Virus record (IMG/VR): IMGVR_UViG_3300008255_000025
DNA: 45,413 nt
From: a virus
Reading direction: 5' to 3' (one strand)
Shown piece after piece: positions 25,084 through 32,672 of the stretch. The translations under genes and the position numbers were made by a program. The first letter of the stretch is position 1, and each line of letters begins with the position of its first letter. The notes under the pieces are model-generated. The model had not been told where the DNA came from. It saw only the letters and a list, made by a program, of their open reading frames with translations, and did no database searches.

Positions 25084-25938
25084 CTAGTCAAGTTTAATAG
25101 TCTTGATCGGAAAGGTGAAGTTCCGAGTAAGGTCAGATGATAGATGTGAGGTGTTGATGCTTTCGATCAAAGTTCCGCTGAACCTCTGGTAAGTCGAACG
25201 ACCCGGAAGGTAGATCGAAGCCATCAGATTGATAGCTGTGTTCATACGGTTCCAAACCTCAAGACGTTTCGGTTTCGAGGTAATCCAGAAATTCGACAAC
25301 ACACGATACTCAACTCCATAATCCTTATAGCGACAAGCGCCGGCTTTACCATACAACGATCGGCGGATAGGGTCAGGGTCTTTAGTCAGAGACCAAGCAC
25401 CAAGAAACCAGTCAAGCTGTTTCACGAGGTCTTGGCAGGCAGTCAGATGCCCAAGGTCAGAGGTGTCAGCGTCTTTAGTCCACCCGATATGAAGATGACC
25501 GCTGGCTGTCCGGAGACGAGGCCTGTCATTATTCATAGGGGGAGGATTAACGCCGCCCGTCCACGCATTGAAATCGGGGCTGCACCCGAGGGCCTTCGCC
25601 TCATCTGGCGAGTTGGCCCATACTTCTTCATCGAACTCCACGGATGGTATCACCGAGAAACCATAACCCTTCGGAAGCATAGCCTTCAATGCGCCCATAA
25701 CTTTGTTGATGTTGTGGTTGAAGGCGTCGAAATTATCTACGGGGTCAATGTTGAACTCCGCAGCCATACCGTCAACTTGAACAGCGCCACCCTCAACAGG
25801 GTGAGGCTCTAATTTAGTACCGGGGATAAGACCCTCCGCACTTACATGGCGTCCCTTGTCATCAACGATGAACAACTCAGGGTCAGCGCCAAACGTAAAC
25901 CCATCAAGGGGAGTTACTGCGTTAGACGTACTTACCAT
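25084..25938 (-). CDS. COOH-NH2 ligase, phiEco32-like type 2 (GCS2/glutamine-synthetase fold)
   Basis: FGADPELF, MAAEFNI, ASGHLHIGW, YGVEYRVLSNFW. Confidence 0.75.
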   Translation of the reverse strand: MVSTSNAVTPLDGFTFGADPELFIVDDKGRHVSAEGLIPGTKLEPHPVEGGAVQVDGMAAEFNIDPVDNFDAFNHNINKVMGALKAMLPKGYGFSVIPSVEFDEEVWANSPDEAKALGCSPDFNAWTGGVNPPPMNNDRPRLRTASGHLHIGWTKDADTSDLGHLTACQDLVKQLDWFLGAWSLTKDPDPIRRSLYGKAGACRYKDYGVEYRVLSNFWITSKPKRLEVWNRMNTAINLMASIYLPGRSTYQRFSGTLIESINTSHLSSDLTRNFTFPIKTIKLD

Positions 25939-25952
25939 AACATTTCCTTTCT

Positions 25953-27083
25953 TTAATTAGTTGAGTAAAGTGGCCGAGTTGTGTAGATACGGGTAGCTTT
26001 GGCCTTACCACTATCCGTACATTCGTGGCAGATGACTTGAGTGTAGTCATCATCGAATATCGTAATATTGTCAGCGGAAGGATCAAACTCTCCTCCGCAC
26101 CACGAGCAACCATTCAGACCGAGCATTTCTTCCTCGTCCTTGGTGAAGTACCCACCAAACAGGCTGTGCCGATCACCGAACATGGTCATGACGTTAGACT
26201 CTTTAGGGTCCGAATACGTATCCCGGTTCATCCCATGGGAGGTCGTCGTCAAACTCTTGGTCCCACCATTCCGGCCCTGCGTAAAAGGGCTTTTATAACC
26301 ACCACCGCTTGTTGTTGCGACCGGTACAGGCTCCTTTCCCTTGAGTATTTGTACCTTCGGCTTAATGGGTTTGATACCATTATGTTCTCGAATAGCCTCA
26401 ACATTGTACTTGTAATGAAGATCAACCTCAGTTCCGAAGAACTTGTAGGCCTTATCGGTGTACAACGGCTGACCTTGAGCAGACAAGGCGCAAGCGGCCT
26501 GTATCATCGGATACTCCGAAGCCCAGAAAAGCTTGTTGCAATCCTCCGAATGAGCCAGCCACATGGGCCGCTCTTTGTTTCTCAGGAAGTTCAACGTCCC
26601 TTCTGATAGATCATACCAGACCAAAGCCCACGCACCTTCAAGCATTGCTACAGTTTTATTGATGCCGAGTTTCTCAATAGCTTTGAAGATTGCCTCACTG
26701 TCAACATCGAAATCCTCCTCTAAAACCTCCTTAAGTTTGATAAAAGAGGAAGTAGTGAGGGTTCCGTTATGCGCCCCGATGATATGCCCACACTCAAACG
26801 GATGGGCGTTGACGCCGTTGACCTTACCTTTGGTCGCCGCCCTGTTGTGTCCAATGAACACGCTGGACTTGTGTCCGTCCACCAAAGTCTTGAAGCGGGT
26901 CATATCAAACAGATCGAAAGGATGGCTAGCAATCTTGAGAATATCAGCCTCCTTCCCTTCCTTGTCAATAACGGCTACGCCGGTAGAGTCCGGCCCTCGA
27001 AAATAGTCGTAACACAGGAGGCGCTTGAGTGTTGCCTCATCCTTGAACTCAAGTTTCCCTGCAATTCCTACATGTCCACACAT
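25953..27083 (-). CDS. Class II (Ntn) glutamine amidotransferase with a C-terminal zinc ribbon
   Basis: MCGHVGIAG (Cys2 nucleophile), GPDSTG, GHNRAATKG, NAHPF, GAHNGTL. C-terminal CSWCGG...CHEC. Confidence 0.8.
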   Translation of the reverse strand: MCGHVGIAGKLEFKDEATLKRLLCYDYFRGPDSTGVAVIDKEGKEADILKIASHPFDLFDMTRFKTLVDGHKSSVFIGHNRAATKGKVNGVNAHPFECGHIIGAHNGTLTTSSFIKLKEVLEEDFDVDSEAIFKAIEKLGINKTVAMLEGAWALVWYDLSEGTLNFLRNKERPMWLAHSEDCNKLFWASEYPMIQAACALSAQGQPLYTDKAYKFFGTEVDLHYKYNVEAIREHNGIKPIKPKVQILKGKEPVPVATTSGGGYKSPFTQGRNGGTKSLTTTSHGMNRDTYSDPKESNVMTMFGDRHSLFGGYFTKDEEEMLGLNGCSWCGGEFDPSADNITIFDDDYTQVICHECTDSGKAKATRIYTTRPLYSTN

Positions 27084-27988
27084 TATGCTTTATCCTTCTT
27101 CTCTTGAACTCTTTTGATTGGTTGTGTCTTCGCGTTGATGCGACGAATGTTGTCGCCCCACACTAGATCGTTGTTGTGGACTACCAACTCTTCGAGAAGA
27201 TCGAAGGTCCACTGAGCGTATTGGTAGTACCCGCGATATTCTGGATGGCCTTGGATACCAATACAACACGTATCCTTGTACCAGAAGGCCTCAATATCGT
27301 TACTGTCTCCTTCCTCTATCTTCGAGGGCGTGGCGGCCCGTTTCTTGGATTGACCAACAGAGATAGCCAACACTTCCATCTTCTTGTTTTCGATAACCAT
27401 CTGATGATGAACAGAGGAAATCTTCGGGATGGTACGCTTGTTGAAGATATCGAACATCGAATGATCGCCGTAATGCCCGTCCACGTCCTGATACAGCTTG
27501 CCGCCGTTCATAACATGAAGGAACTGTGCGCCACGGCAGATACCCAACATAGGCACACCATGATCAAGACAATCACGATAGACCGCTATATCCTCCTGAT
27601 CGCGCCGATCGTTGAAGTACGTTTTGGGATGCTGCACTTCGCCATACAGTTTTGGGTTGACGTCTGAACCACCAGAAAAGATAACCAAGTCAGCCTCAAG
27701 AGGGCTCTTAGCTTTCCGGCAACATGCACGAACAAAGAGTTCAGCGAACGCCGCCTGCTCTGAGGCATCACCGACAACCCACACCTCAAGCCAAAGCTCC
27801 GGGATTTTCAGCGTAGTGTCCTTAATCAAAGTGATCGGACGCAACGGTGGCTTGGTATCATCCTTAGCCTTGTCCTGTACCTTGTCTGCTTCTTTTTTCA
27901 TCGCCATTTTTTCCTTGTGTTTGACGCGGTTAATTCGAGCGCGACTCATGCGACCCTTGTTGTTGTTTGCTTTGCGTATTCTGGGCAT
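27083..27988 (-). CDS. Class I GATase-fold peptidase C26 (gamma-glutamyl hydrolase/PuuD-like) with a basic N-terminal extension
   Basis: PMLGICRGAQFLHVMNGG (Cys nucleophile) and IGIQGHPEY (His-x-Glu). The first ATG is at 27988. The ORF-track start at 27997 is a TTG. The stop overlaps the next ATG (TAATG). Confidence 0.75.
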   Translation of the reverse strand: MPRIRKANNNKGRMSRARINRVKHKEKMAMKKEADKVQDKAKDDTKPPLRPITLIKDTTLKIPELWLEVWVVGDASEQAAFAELFVRACCRKAKSPLEADLVIFSGGSDVNPKLYGEVQHPKTYFNDRRDQEDIAVYRDCLDHGVPMLGICRGAQFLHVMNGGKLYQDVDGHYGDHSMFDIFNKRTIPKISSVHHQMVIENKKMEVLAISVGQSKKRAATPSKIEEGDSNDIEAFWYKDTCCIGIQGHPEYRGYYQYAQWTFDLLEELVVHNNDLVWGDNIRRINAKTQPIKRVQEKKDKA

Positions 27989-28175
27989 TGGGGTCAATCT
28001 CCTTAATCTCCCTTTTGATGAGGTTGGTCATTATCCTATCAGCCTCTTCGTAATCCCGCCAATAATAGGCAAGATAGGCATCATAGATAAGATCGTCAAC
28101 AGTAGGACGCGGTTTTGGCGTCCCGAACCAACGATCAATCAGGCTTTTCCTGCTTCTGTGGTGGCCGTAGGGCAT
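27930..28175 (-). CDS. Hypothetical 81-aa protein overlapping both neighbours
   Basis: GAAGGAGG lies 10 nt upstream of the ATG. The central segment TVDDLIYDAYLAYYWRDYEEADRIMTNLIKREIKEI looks protein-like. The 3' 59 nt overlap the GATase-I-like gene in another frame. Confidence 0.45.
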   Translation of the reverse strand: MPYGHHRSRKSLIDRWFGTPKPRPTVDDLIYDAYLAYYWRDYEEADRIMTNLIKREIKEIDPNAQNTQSKQQQGSHESRSN

Positions 28176-28948
28176 GGTTGTGCTGCCTCCTTCTGTGGAA
28201 ATGCGTTAGGTGCAGGCTTGGCAGACTTGTCCCTCTTCTCCAAATTTTCGCGGTACGATTTTTCCTGCTGAGGATATTTTGACCTCTTACCCGCCAGAAT
28301 GACAGGCGCACCGGCAGCCACAACCTCAGCCTCGGTCAGAAACTTGGCAGGGCCGATATCATCCCAGATTTTACGTTGGGCGGTGAAGATTTCCTGCTGT
28401 AACGCCTTGCTGTCCTCTGGTGTGGGTGGATTAGGAACAACTTGCTCAAGTTCATTCCAGCCAGCAGGAGGAGCGAACGTGTCGATCAACGCACCACCAC
28501 CGATGTTACGGAACAAGCCAAAAATGTAGTTGGCACGATGTTGGTTTGACGACGAAGATGATAGATTGTCGATCACCGAGTTGCCAGAATACACCGAGTT
28601 ACCAACAGCACGAACGAACTCGAAGCCAGCTTTGCGGAGAATTTTCATCCACGCCTTACCAATCCCGCCGTTTATCTGACTGTCGGTTAGGATAGCCAAG
28701 AAAGCGTGATTAGGCATGTCGCGGGTCTCAAACGTACCAACGCGAAGTCGCTGCCAGAAGATATCTTCGTAGGTCGGACCTGCAAACACGGAACCACCGT
28801 TCCGCATAACTGGCGTACCAGCGTCACCATTGGACATTTGGATGGATGCCTTGTCGCTAGGCATGAACTTGAAGTTCTGGATGATGCAGCAGGCGCAGCA
28901 ACCCCAGTAAGAGCCCGGAATTGACGAGCCAAAACGTAGAAATTCCAT
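28139..28948 (-). CDS. Hypothetical protein, paralogue A (GCC-motif family)
   Basis: 269-aa ORF. N-terminal SYWGCCACCII and core AFLAILTDSQ..AWMKILRKAGFEFVRAVGNSVYSGNSV align to 28978-29505. Confidence 0.65.
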   Translation of the reverse strand: MEFLRFGSSIPGSYWGCCACCIIQNFKFMPSDKASIQMSNGDAGTPVMRNGGSVFAGPTYEDIFWQRLRVGTFETRDMPNHAFLAILTDSQINGGIGKAWMKILRKAGFEFVRAVGNSVYSGNSVIDNLSSSSSNQHRANYIFGLFRNIGGGALIDTFAPPAGWNELEQVVPNPPTPEDSKALQQEIFTAQRKIWDDIGPAKFLTEAEVVAAGAPVILAGKRSKYPQQEKSYRENLEKRDKSAKPAPNAFPQKEAAQPCPTATTEAGKA

Positions 28949-28977
28949 ATTCTATTCCTTTCAATGTTGGTTAAAGT

Positions 28978-29505
28978 TTATTCAGATACACGTATTGGGA
29001 AAGCGTTCTTTGATTTATCCTCTTTCTTTTCTGGTTGTCCGAAAGCTAGGTGGTAAACGTCAACCCAGCTACCGCTATTACTATTGAGGAAAGACGTCAC
29101 AAGTTTGAAGCCGTGAGTTTCGGTCAGGATTTTTGCCCACTCGATTTGGTAACTCCTAGAGAGGACAATCTCGACAAGACCGGCCTTTCTTACTTTCAGG
29201 AGGTATTCAAGATACCTTTCCAATCGTTTCTCGTAGGACTCCATTGGAGCCTCAAGCGGGTAAAAACGCTTACTTTTCCCTGTCCGATAGCCGTTAGCCT
29301 CGGTGGGCATTTTCTTCACGGCTTTTAGGGCGTGTGTCGAAGCTTTAGGGTTAGCCCCAAGCGCGTAGATATGCTTGATGCCGCAGCAACCAGCACCGTG
29401 CAATATCATACCCATAGTCTGATAAGACAGCTCTCCCAGGTCAGGGAATATTTCATCCTCATCACAAAGAGCGAACGGGTTTTCATATCCAAGTTCAGCC
29501 ATCAT
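28978..29505 (-). CDS. Hypothetical protein, paralogue B (GCC-motif family)
   Basis: 175-aa ORF. ILHGAGCCGIKHI and core VEIVLSRSYQIEWAKILTETHGFKLVTSFLNSNSGSWV. Confidence 0.65.
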   Translation of the reverse strand: MMAELGYENPFALCDEDEIFPDLGELSYQTMGMILHGAGCCGIKHIYALGANPKASTHALKAVKKMPTEANGYRTGKSKRFYPLEAPMESYEKRLERYLEYLLKVRKAGLVEIVLSRSYQIEWAKILTETHGFKLVTSFLNSNSGSWVDVYHLAFGQPEKKEDKSKNAFPIRVSE

Positions 29506-29864
29506 ACACCTCCTTCTGACATAACTCTGTTGGCAGCGTTCTTACGCTCCCTGTGTGCTCGCCAATCCCCGTCAGCGACGATAGGCAGATTAGCAACAGA
29601 CCGGTTCCAGACGTAAATCCAACCATCTTTGAAAGGTTTGCGAAGATACAGCGAGGATGATAGATTATCGGGGTTATACCCCTCATAAGCATCGTGCTGC
29701 GTTACATCATCAACCTCAATAGAGGTATATGCGAATGTTCTCGTTTCACCACCTAAGAGGACGGCGGGAAAATGCCCGACATCATACATGGTTCCGTAAG
29801 CCTCGCCCTCAGCGGGTTTATCTTTCGGCATCAACGTGCCGTAAACATATATTTTATGAGTCAT
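29502..29864 (-). CDS. Gamma-glutamyl cyclotransferase-like (AIG2/GGCT fold)
   Basis: IYVYGTLMPKDK...GTMYDVGHFPAVL...HDAYEGY...YLRKP. Confidence 0.7.
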   Translation of the reverse strand: MTHKIYVYGTLMPKDKPAEGEAYGTMYDVGHFPAVLLGGETRTFAYTSIEVDDVTQHDAYEGYNPDNLSSSLYLRKPFKDGWIYVWNRSVANLPIVADGDWRAHRERKNAANRVMSEGGV

Positions 29865-29973
29865 GTTATTTATTCTCCTTTTTAATTCTCTTGAGTTCGG
29901 CGATCATGGCAAGGGCATCGGAATTTTTGTCACCTTGCCAGTTCCGGCGAAATATGGTCCCCATTGCTCGGTC

Positions 29974-30120
29974 TCAGTCATCATTGGTAACCTCCTTAAA
30001 GTTTTCTCCAATCAAATAATTTTTGACAGTCTTGAGAAGCTTCTCGTCTTTCTCTGGCCCGTCAGGCTCGGAGGCATCAACAAAATGTAAATACCCCAAG
30101 AAGATGAGGTCTTGCATCAT
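29974..30120 (-). CDS. Hypothetical small protein (48 aa, MMQDLIFLGYLHFVDASEPDGPEKDEKLLKTVKNYLIGENFKEVTNDD)
   Basis: Hand-translated. ATGA overlap with the upstream stop. Confidence 0.4.
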   Translation of the reverse strand: MMQDLIFLGYLHFVDASEPDGPEKDEKLLKTVKNYLIGENFKEVTNDD

Positions 30121-30353
30121 TCATTCCTCTCTATTCTTACACAGGATGGGAAATGGTCCTCCTCGTCAGCATACGTTGGACCCTCGACAAACATATACAG
30201 ATCGGGGTTGGTCTCAACCTTATAGACGCAACCATAACCTACAAGGCGAGGCTTTGTTACCGTATCATCAGAGGTAACAAGAAGAGCCAGACCGGCGAAC
30301 AAAGCGGCACTGACTCCCAGTAGTCCTAACAGTATTTTCTGGTTTGTGCTCAT
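30117..30353 (-). CDS. Small membrane-anchored protein
   Basis: 78-aa ORF. N-terminal TM segment ILLGLLGVSAALFAGLALLV. TAATG overlap upstream. Confidence 0.6.
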   Translation of the reverse strand: MSTNQKILLGLLGVSAALFAGLALLVTSDDTVTKPRLVGYGCVYKVETNPDLYMFVEGPTYADEEDHFPSCVRIERNE

Positions 30354-30469
30354 TACTTGAACTCCTTCTTTGTCCAGACGATTTCTCCGGTAATTCTGTC
30401 AACACAGTCCAGCCGTGTTTCATTACCCGACAAAGGGGTCGAACGAAGTTCGTATCTAACGGTTTTCAT
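30353..30469 (-). CDS. Hypothetical small protein (38 aa, MKTVRYELRSTPLSGNETRLDCVDRITGEIVWTKKEFK)
   Basis: Hand-translated. GGAGGT lies upstream, and the stop overlaps the next ATG. Confidence 0.35.
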   Translation of the reverse strand: MKTVRYELRSTPLSGNETRLDCVDRITGEIVWTKKEFK

Positions 30470-30484
30470 AATCACCACGACACG

Positions 30485-30616
30485 TTACCTCCAATTGAGC
30501 GCGAGCTTTGGCCGGCGCTGGATTTCTTTTCTTTGACGAACGCGAGAAAGTGCTTGACAATAGCCAAGCCCTTGATTTTCCTGCATTTCTTTCTTAACTT
30601 CTGCTTCTGTAACCAC
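30485..30616 (-). CDS. Hypothetical small basic protein (43 aa, GTG start, VTEAEVKKEMQENQGLGYCQALSRVRQRKEIQRRPKLALNWR)
   Basis: Hand-translated. GGAGG lies 4 nt upstream of the GTG. Confidence 0.35.
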   Translation of the reverse strand: MVTEAEVKKEMQENQGLGYCQALSRVRQRKEIQRRPKLALNWR

Positions 30617-30757
30617 AAAACCTCCTACAGAAAAGTAAGCAACGCTATCAAAATGACCACGAGAGATTGCGTGTTCATATTGTCAGAACCGCCCAAAGAG
30701 CCGAGGCCATCAGCAGCGAGCAGATAGCGTGGCAAGTGTTTGAAAGATGATAGATCA

Positions 30758-30928
30758 TCAAACCCTCCGGCCCGCATTATTAGCGGCAGCGAACATAGCA
30801 GGACGGCAGATGAAATTCTTCAACTGGTCAACGTCCTTTTCACGCTGCACTTTGTCTTTCCTGTCAGCGAGAGGGCTTTCGAGGACAACGCGATTGTTGC
30901 CCCGTCCAATAGTAATTATCGGGTTCAT
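30758..30928 (-). CDS. Hypothetical small protein (56 aa, MNPIITIGRGNNRVVLESPLADRKDKVQREKDVDQLKNFICRPAMFAAANNAGRRV)
   Basis: Translated codon by codon by hand. AAGGA lies 8 nt upstream. It sits immediately after the pentapeptide gene. Confidence 0.45.
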   Translation of the reverse strand: MNPIITIGRGNNRVVLESPLADRKDKVQREKDVDQLKNFICRPAMFAAANNAGRRV

Positions 30929-30955
30929 GAGTAATTCCTTTTCTATTAATAGTGT

Positions 30956-31735
30956 TTAATACTGTTCGGCTTCTTCTCTTGTCATAAAGAAGTGGATACC
31001 ATTAGTGCACTCAATCCTAATGTCGTTATCATATTTGTCCGGATAAACGGTCTTACCTACCTTATAGAAGACTCGTCCGGAATGTTTATCACAACCCTCC
31101 GGCCCTTCTAAGACTTGAACATATTCAGCCCTGCATTTACGTCCTACAAGAGACGCTGTTCTTTTAGCCTTTTCTGGTATCAGCAGTTTAATAACCCCTG
31201 ACTTAATTTTCTTGAACCCAACAAAAGACCCCTCTTGAGGTATTTGAAAGTTAGGTAGGTAAGCCCCTGTAAGGTCAGCCTCTCTAAGGTTAGCCCCTGT
31301 AAGGTAAGCCTCTCTAAGGTTAGCCTCTCTAAGGTTAGCCCCTGTAAGGTCAGCCCCTCTAAGGTTAGCCCCTCTAAGGTCAGCCTCTCTAAGGTTAGCC
31401 CCTCTAAGGTAAGCCTCTCTAAGGTTAGCCCCTCTAAGGTCAGCCCCTCTAAGGTCAGCCCCTCTAAGGTCAGCCCCTGTAAGGTCAGCCCCTCTAAGGT
31501 CAGCCTCTCTAAGGTTAGCCCCTGTAAGGTTAGCCCCTCTAAGGTTAGCCCCTGTAAGGTCAGCCTCTCTAAGGTTAGCCCCTGTAAGGTCAGCCCCTCT
31601 AAGGTCAGCCCCTGTAAGGTCAGCCCCTCTAAGGTCAGCCCCTCTAAGGTAAGCCTCTCTAAGGTTAGCCCCTGTAAGGTCAGCCCCTCTAAGGTTAACG
31701 CAGGGTTTAATGATAGATTTATTAAAGTTAACCAT
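30956..31735 (-). CDS. Pentapeptide-repeat protein with a globular C-terminal domain
   Basis: 29 consecutive [N/D/Y]-L-[R/T]-[G/E]-A units (residues 14-158) plus one degenerate unit, then a roughly 95-aa domain ending ...CTNGIHFFMTREEAEQY. Confidence 0.9.
   Translation of the reverse strand: MVNFNKSIIKPCVNLRGADLTGANLREAYLRGADLRGADLTGADLRGADLTGANLREADLTGANLRGANLTGANLREADLRGADLTGADLRGADLRGADLRGANLREAYLRGANLREADLRGANLRGADLTGANLREANLREAYLTGANLREADLTGAYLPNFQIPQEGSFVGFKKIKSGVIKLLIPEKAKRTASLVGRKCRAEYVQVLEGPEGCDKHSGRVFYKVGKTVYPDKYDNDIRIECTNGIHFFMTREEAEQY
31256..31700 (-). repeat. 15-bp periodic tandem DNA repeat (coding, inside the pentapeptide-repeat gene)
   Basis: Plus strand reads as variants of cccctctaaggtcag, cccctgtaaggtcag and cctctctaaggttag in head-to-tail register. 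Confidence 0.9.
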
Positions 31736-31761
31736 TGCTCAATACTCCTATTCTTTACTAG

Positions 31762-31983
31762 TTAAATCCAATCTTCTGGACGTTGTTCTTGAGCGAGGGA
31801 AAGCCCTTCAATGCAAGGGTTGACCGTCCTGTCGCCAAAGCGATCGAGAACCAAGACTTGCCAATCGGTTTCGTCCATTGTTTCGTCAAGGTCCAAGTCA
31901 TAAGGTTCGTCAATCCATTCAATGTCTGGATTACAATCCCAAGCGCAACCCATTTCTGGCGCGTCAGTATGATGATAAGTCAT
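31762..31983 (-). CDS. Small highly acidic early protein
   Basis: 73-aa ORF rich in D/E/W (DEPYDLDLDETMDETDWQ). Confidence 0.6.
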   Translation of the reverse strand: MTYHHTDAPEMGCAWDCNPDIEWIDEPYDLDLDETMDETDWQVLVLDRFGDRTVNPCIEGLSLAQEQRPEDWI

Positions 31984-32081
31984 GATAAAATTATCCCTTT
32001 ATAGGAACGGGTCGTTCCGCCCCTAGTTGCGTTGATAGGCGTGAAAAAAGGGCAGTTTTAAGCCATGCCTAGGGCTTTCGA

Positions 32082-32576
32082 CTATTTGGCGGGAACAAGT
32101 GAAGCAAGAGCTTTAGCAAGCTTTTCAGTCTTGGTCTTGTCGCCGGCCTTGACATGGTTTTCCTTCAGCTCCTTATCAAAACGCTTTGCCAGCCGCGCAA
32201 CGAACGCAACAGCTTCGTCATAAGTCATTGGCTTACTTTCAGGCGTTTCGTTGGCAATCTGCCAAAATGGCGTAGCTTCCGCCCCTTCCAGATTGAAGTC
32301 AACAAACAGATTGTTATCAGACAGCCGCAACTTGCTCTTGAAAGTAGCGTCATTCTTGGTCACAATTGGCGAATAGAGCGAGAACCATTGAATAAGCATT
32401 GTCCGACGCATAGAAGCGGGCATTGCCATGACCAAGTCTTGCGCCTGCGAACAATCCCCATGCTCTTTGGCATGTTTCATGATAAGCATGGCCGTTTCAT
32501 GAATAAGACCGTTCAGCTTTACGGCGTTCGTTGTAATCCGCGTAATATTCGATTTAATCTTAGCAAAATTAGACAT
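32082..32576 (-). CDS. Hypothetical early protein
   Basis: 164-aa ORF with an RBS region upstream. No motif recognised. Confidence 0.65.
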   Translation of the reverse strand: MSNFAKIKSNITRITTNAVKLNGLIHETAMLIMKHAKEHGDCSQAQDLVMAMPASMRRTMLIQWFSLYSPIVTKNDATFKSKLRLSDNNLFVDFNLEGAEATPFWQIANETPESKPMTYDEAVAFVARLAKRFDKELKENHVKAGDKTKTEKLAKALASLVPAK

Positions 32577-32635
32577 GATATTTCCTTCTTACCTTGTTTT
32601 TCACCGGCAACGGAATGTTGCCAGCTATCCCATAA

Positions 32636-32662
32636 GCTACAGGGATATGAACCGTGGAAAGG
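32636..32662. repeat. Inverted repeat, left arm (gctacaGGGATATGAACCGTGGAAAGG)
   Basis: The reverse complement matches 32982-33008 at 25 of 27 positions, with a 21-nt perfect core. Confidence 0.9.
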
Positions 32663-32672
32663 GTTGTTTCGT

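Noticed and set aside
31256-31700. Regular 15-bp tandem repeat array that could be mistaken for a CRISPR array or satellite
   Set aside because: The units are contiguous with no spacers. They lie entirely inside a long minus-strand ORF and translate to a perfect pentapeptide-repeat (A-[D/N]-L-x-x type) protein. No cas genes or leader are present.
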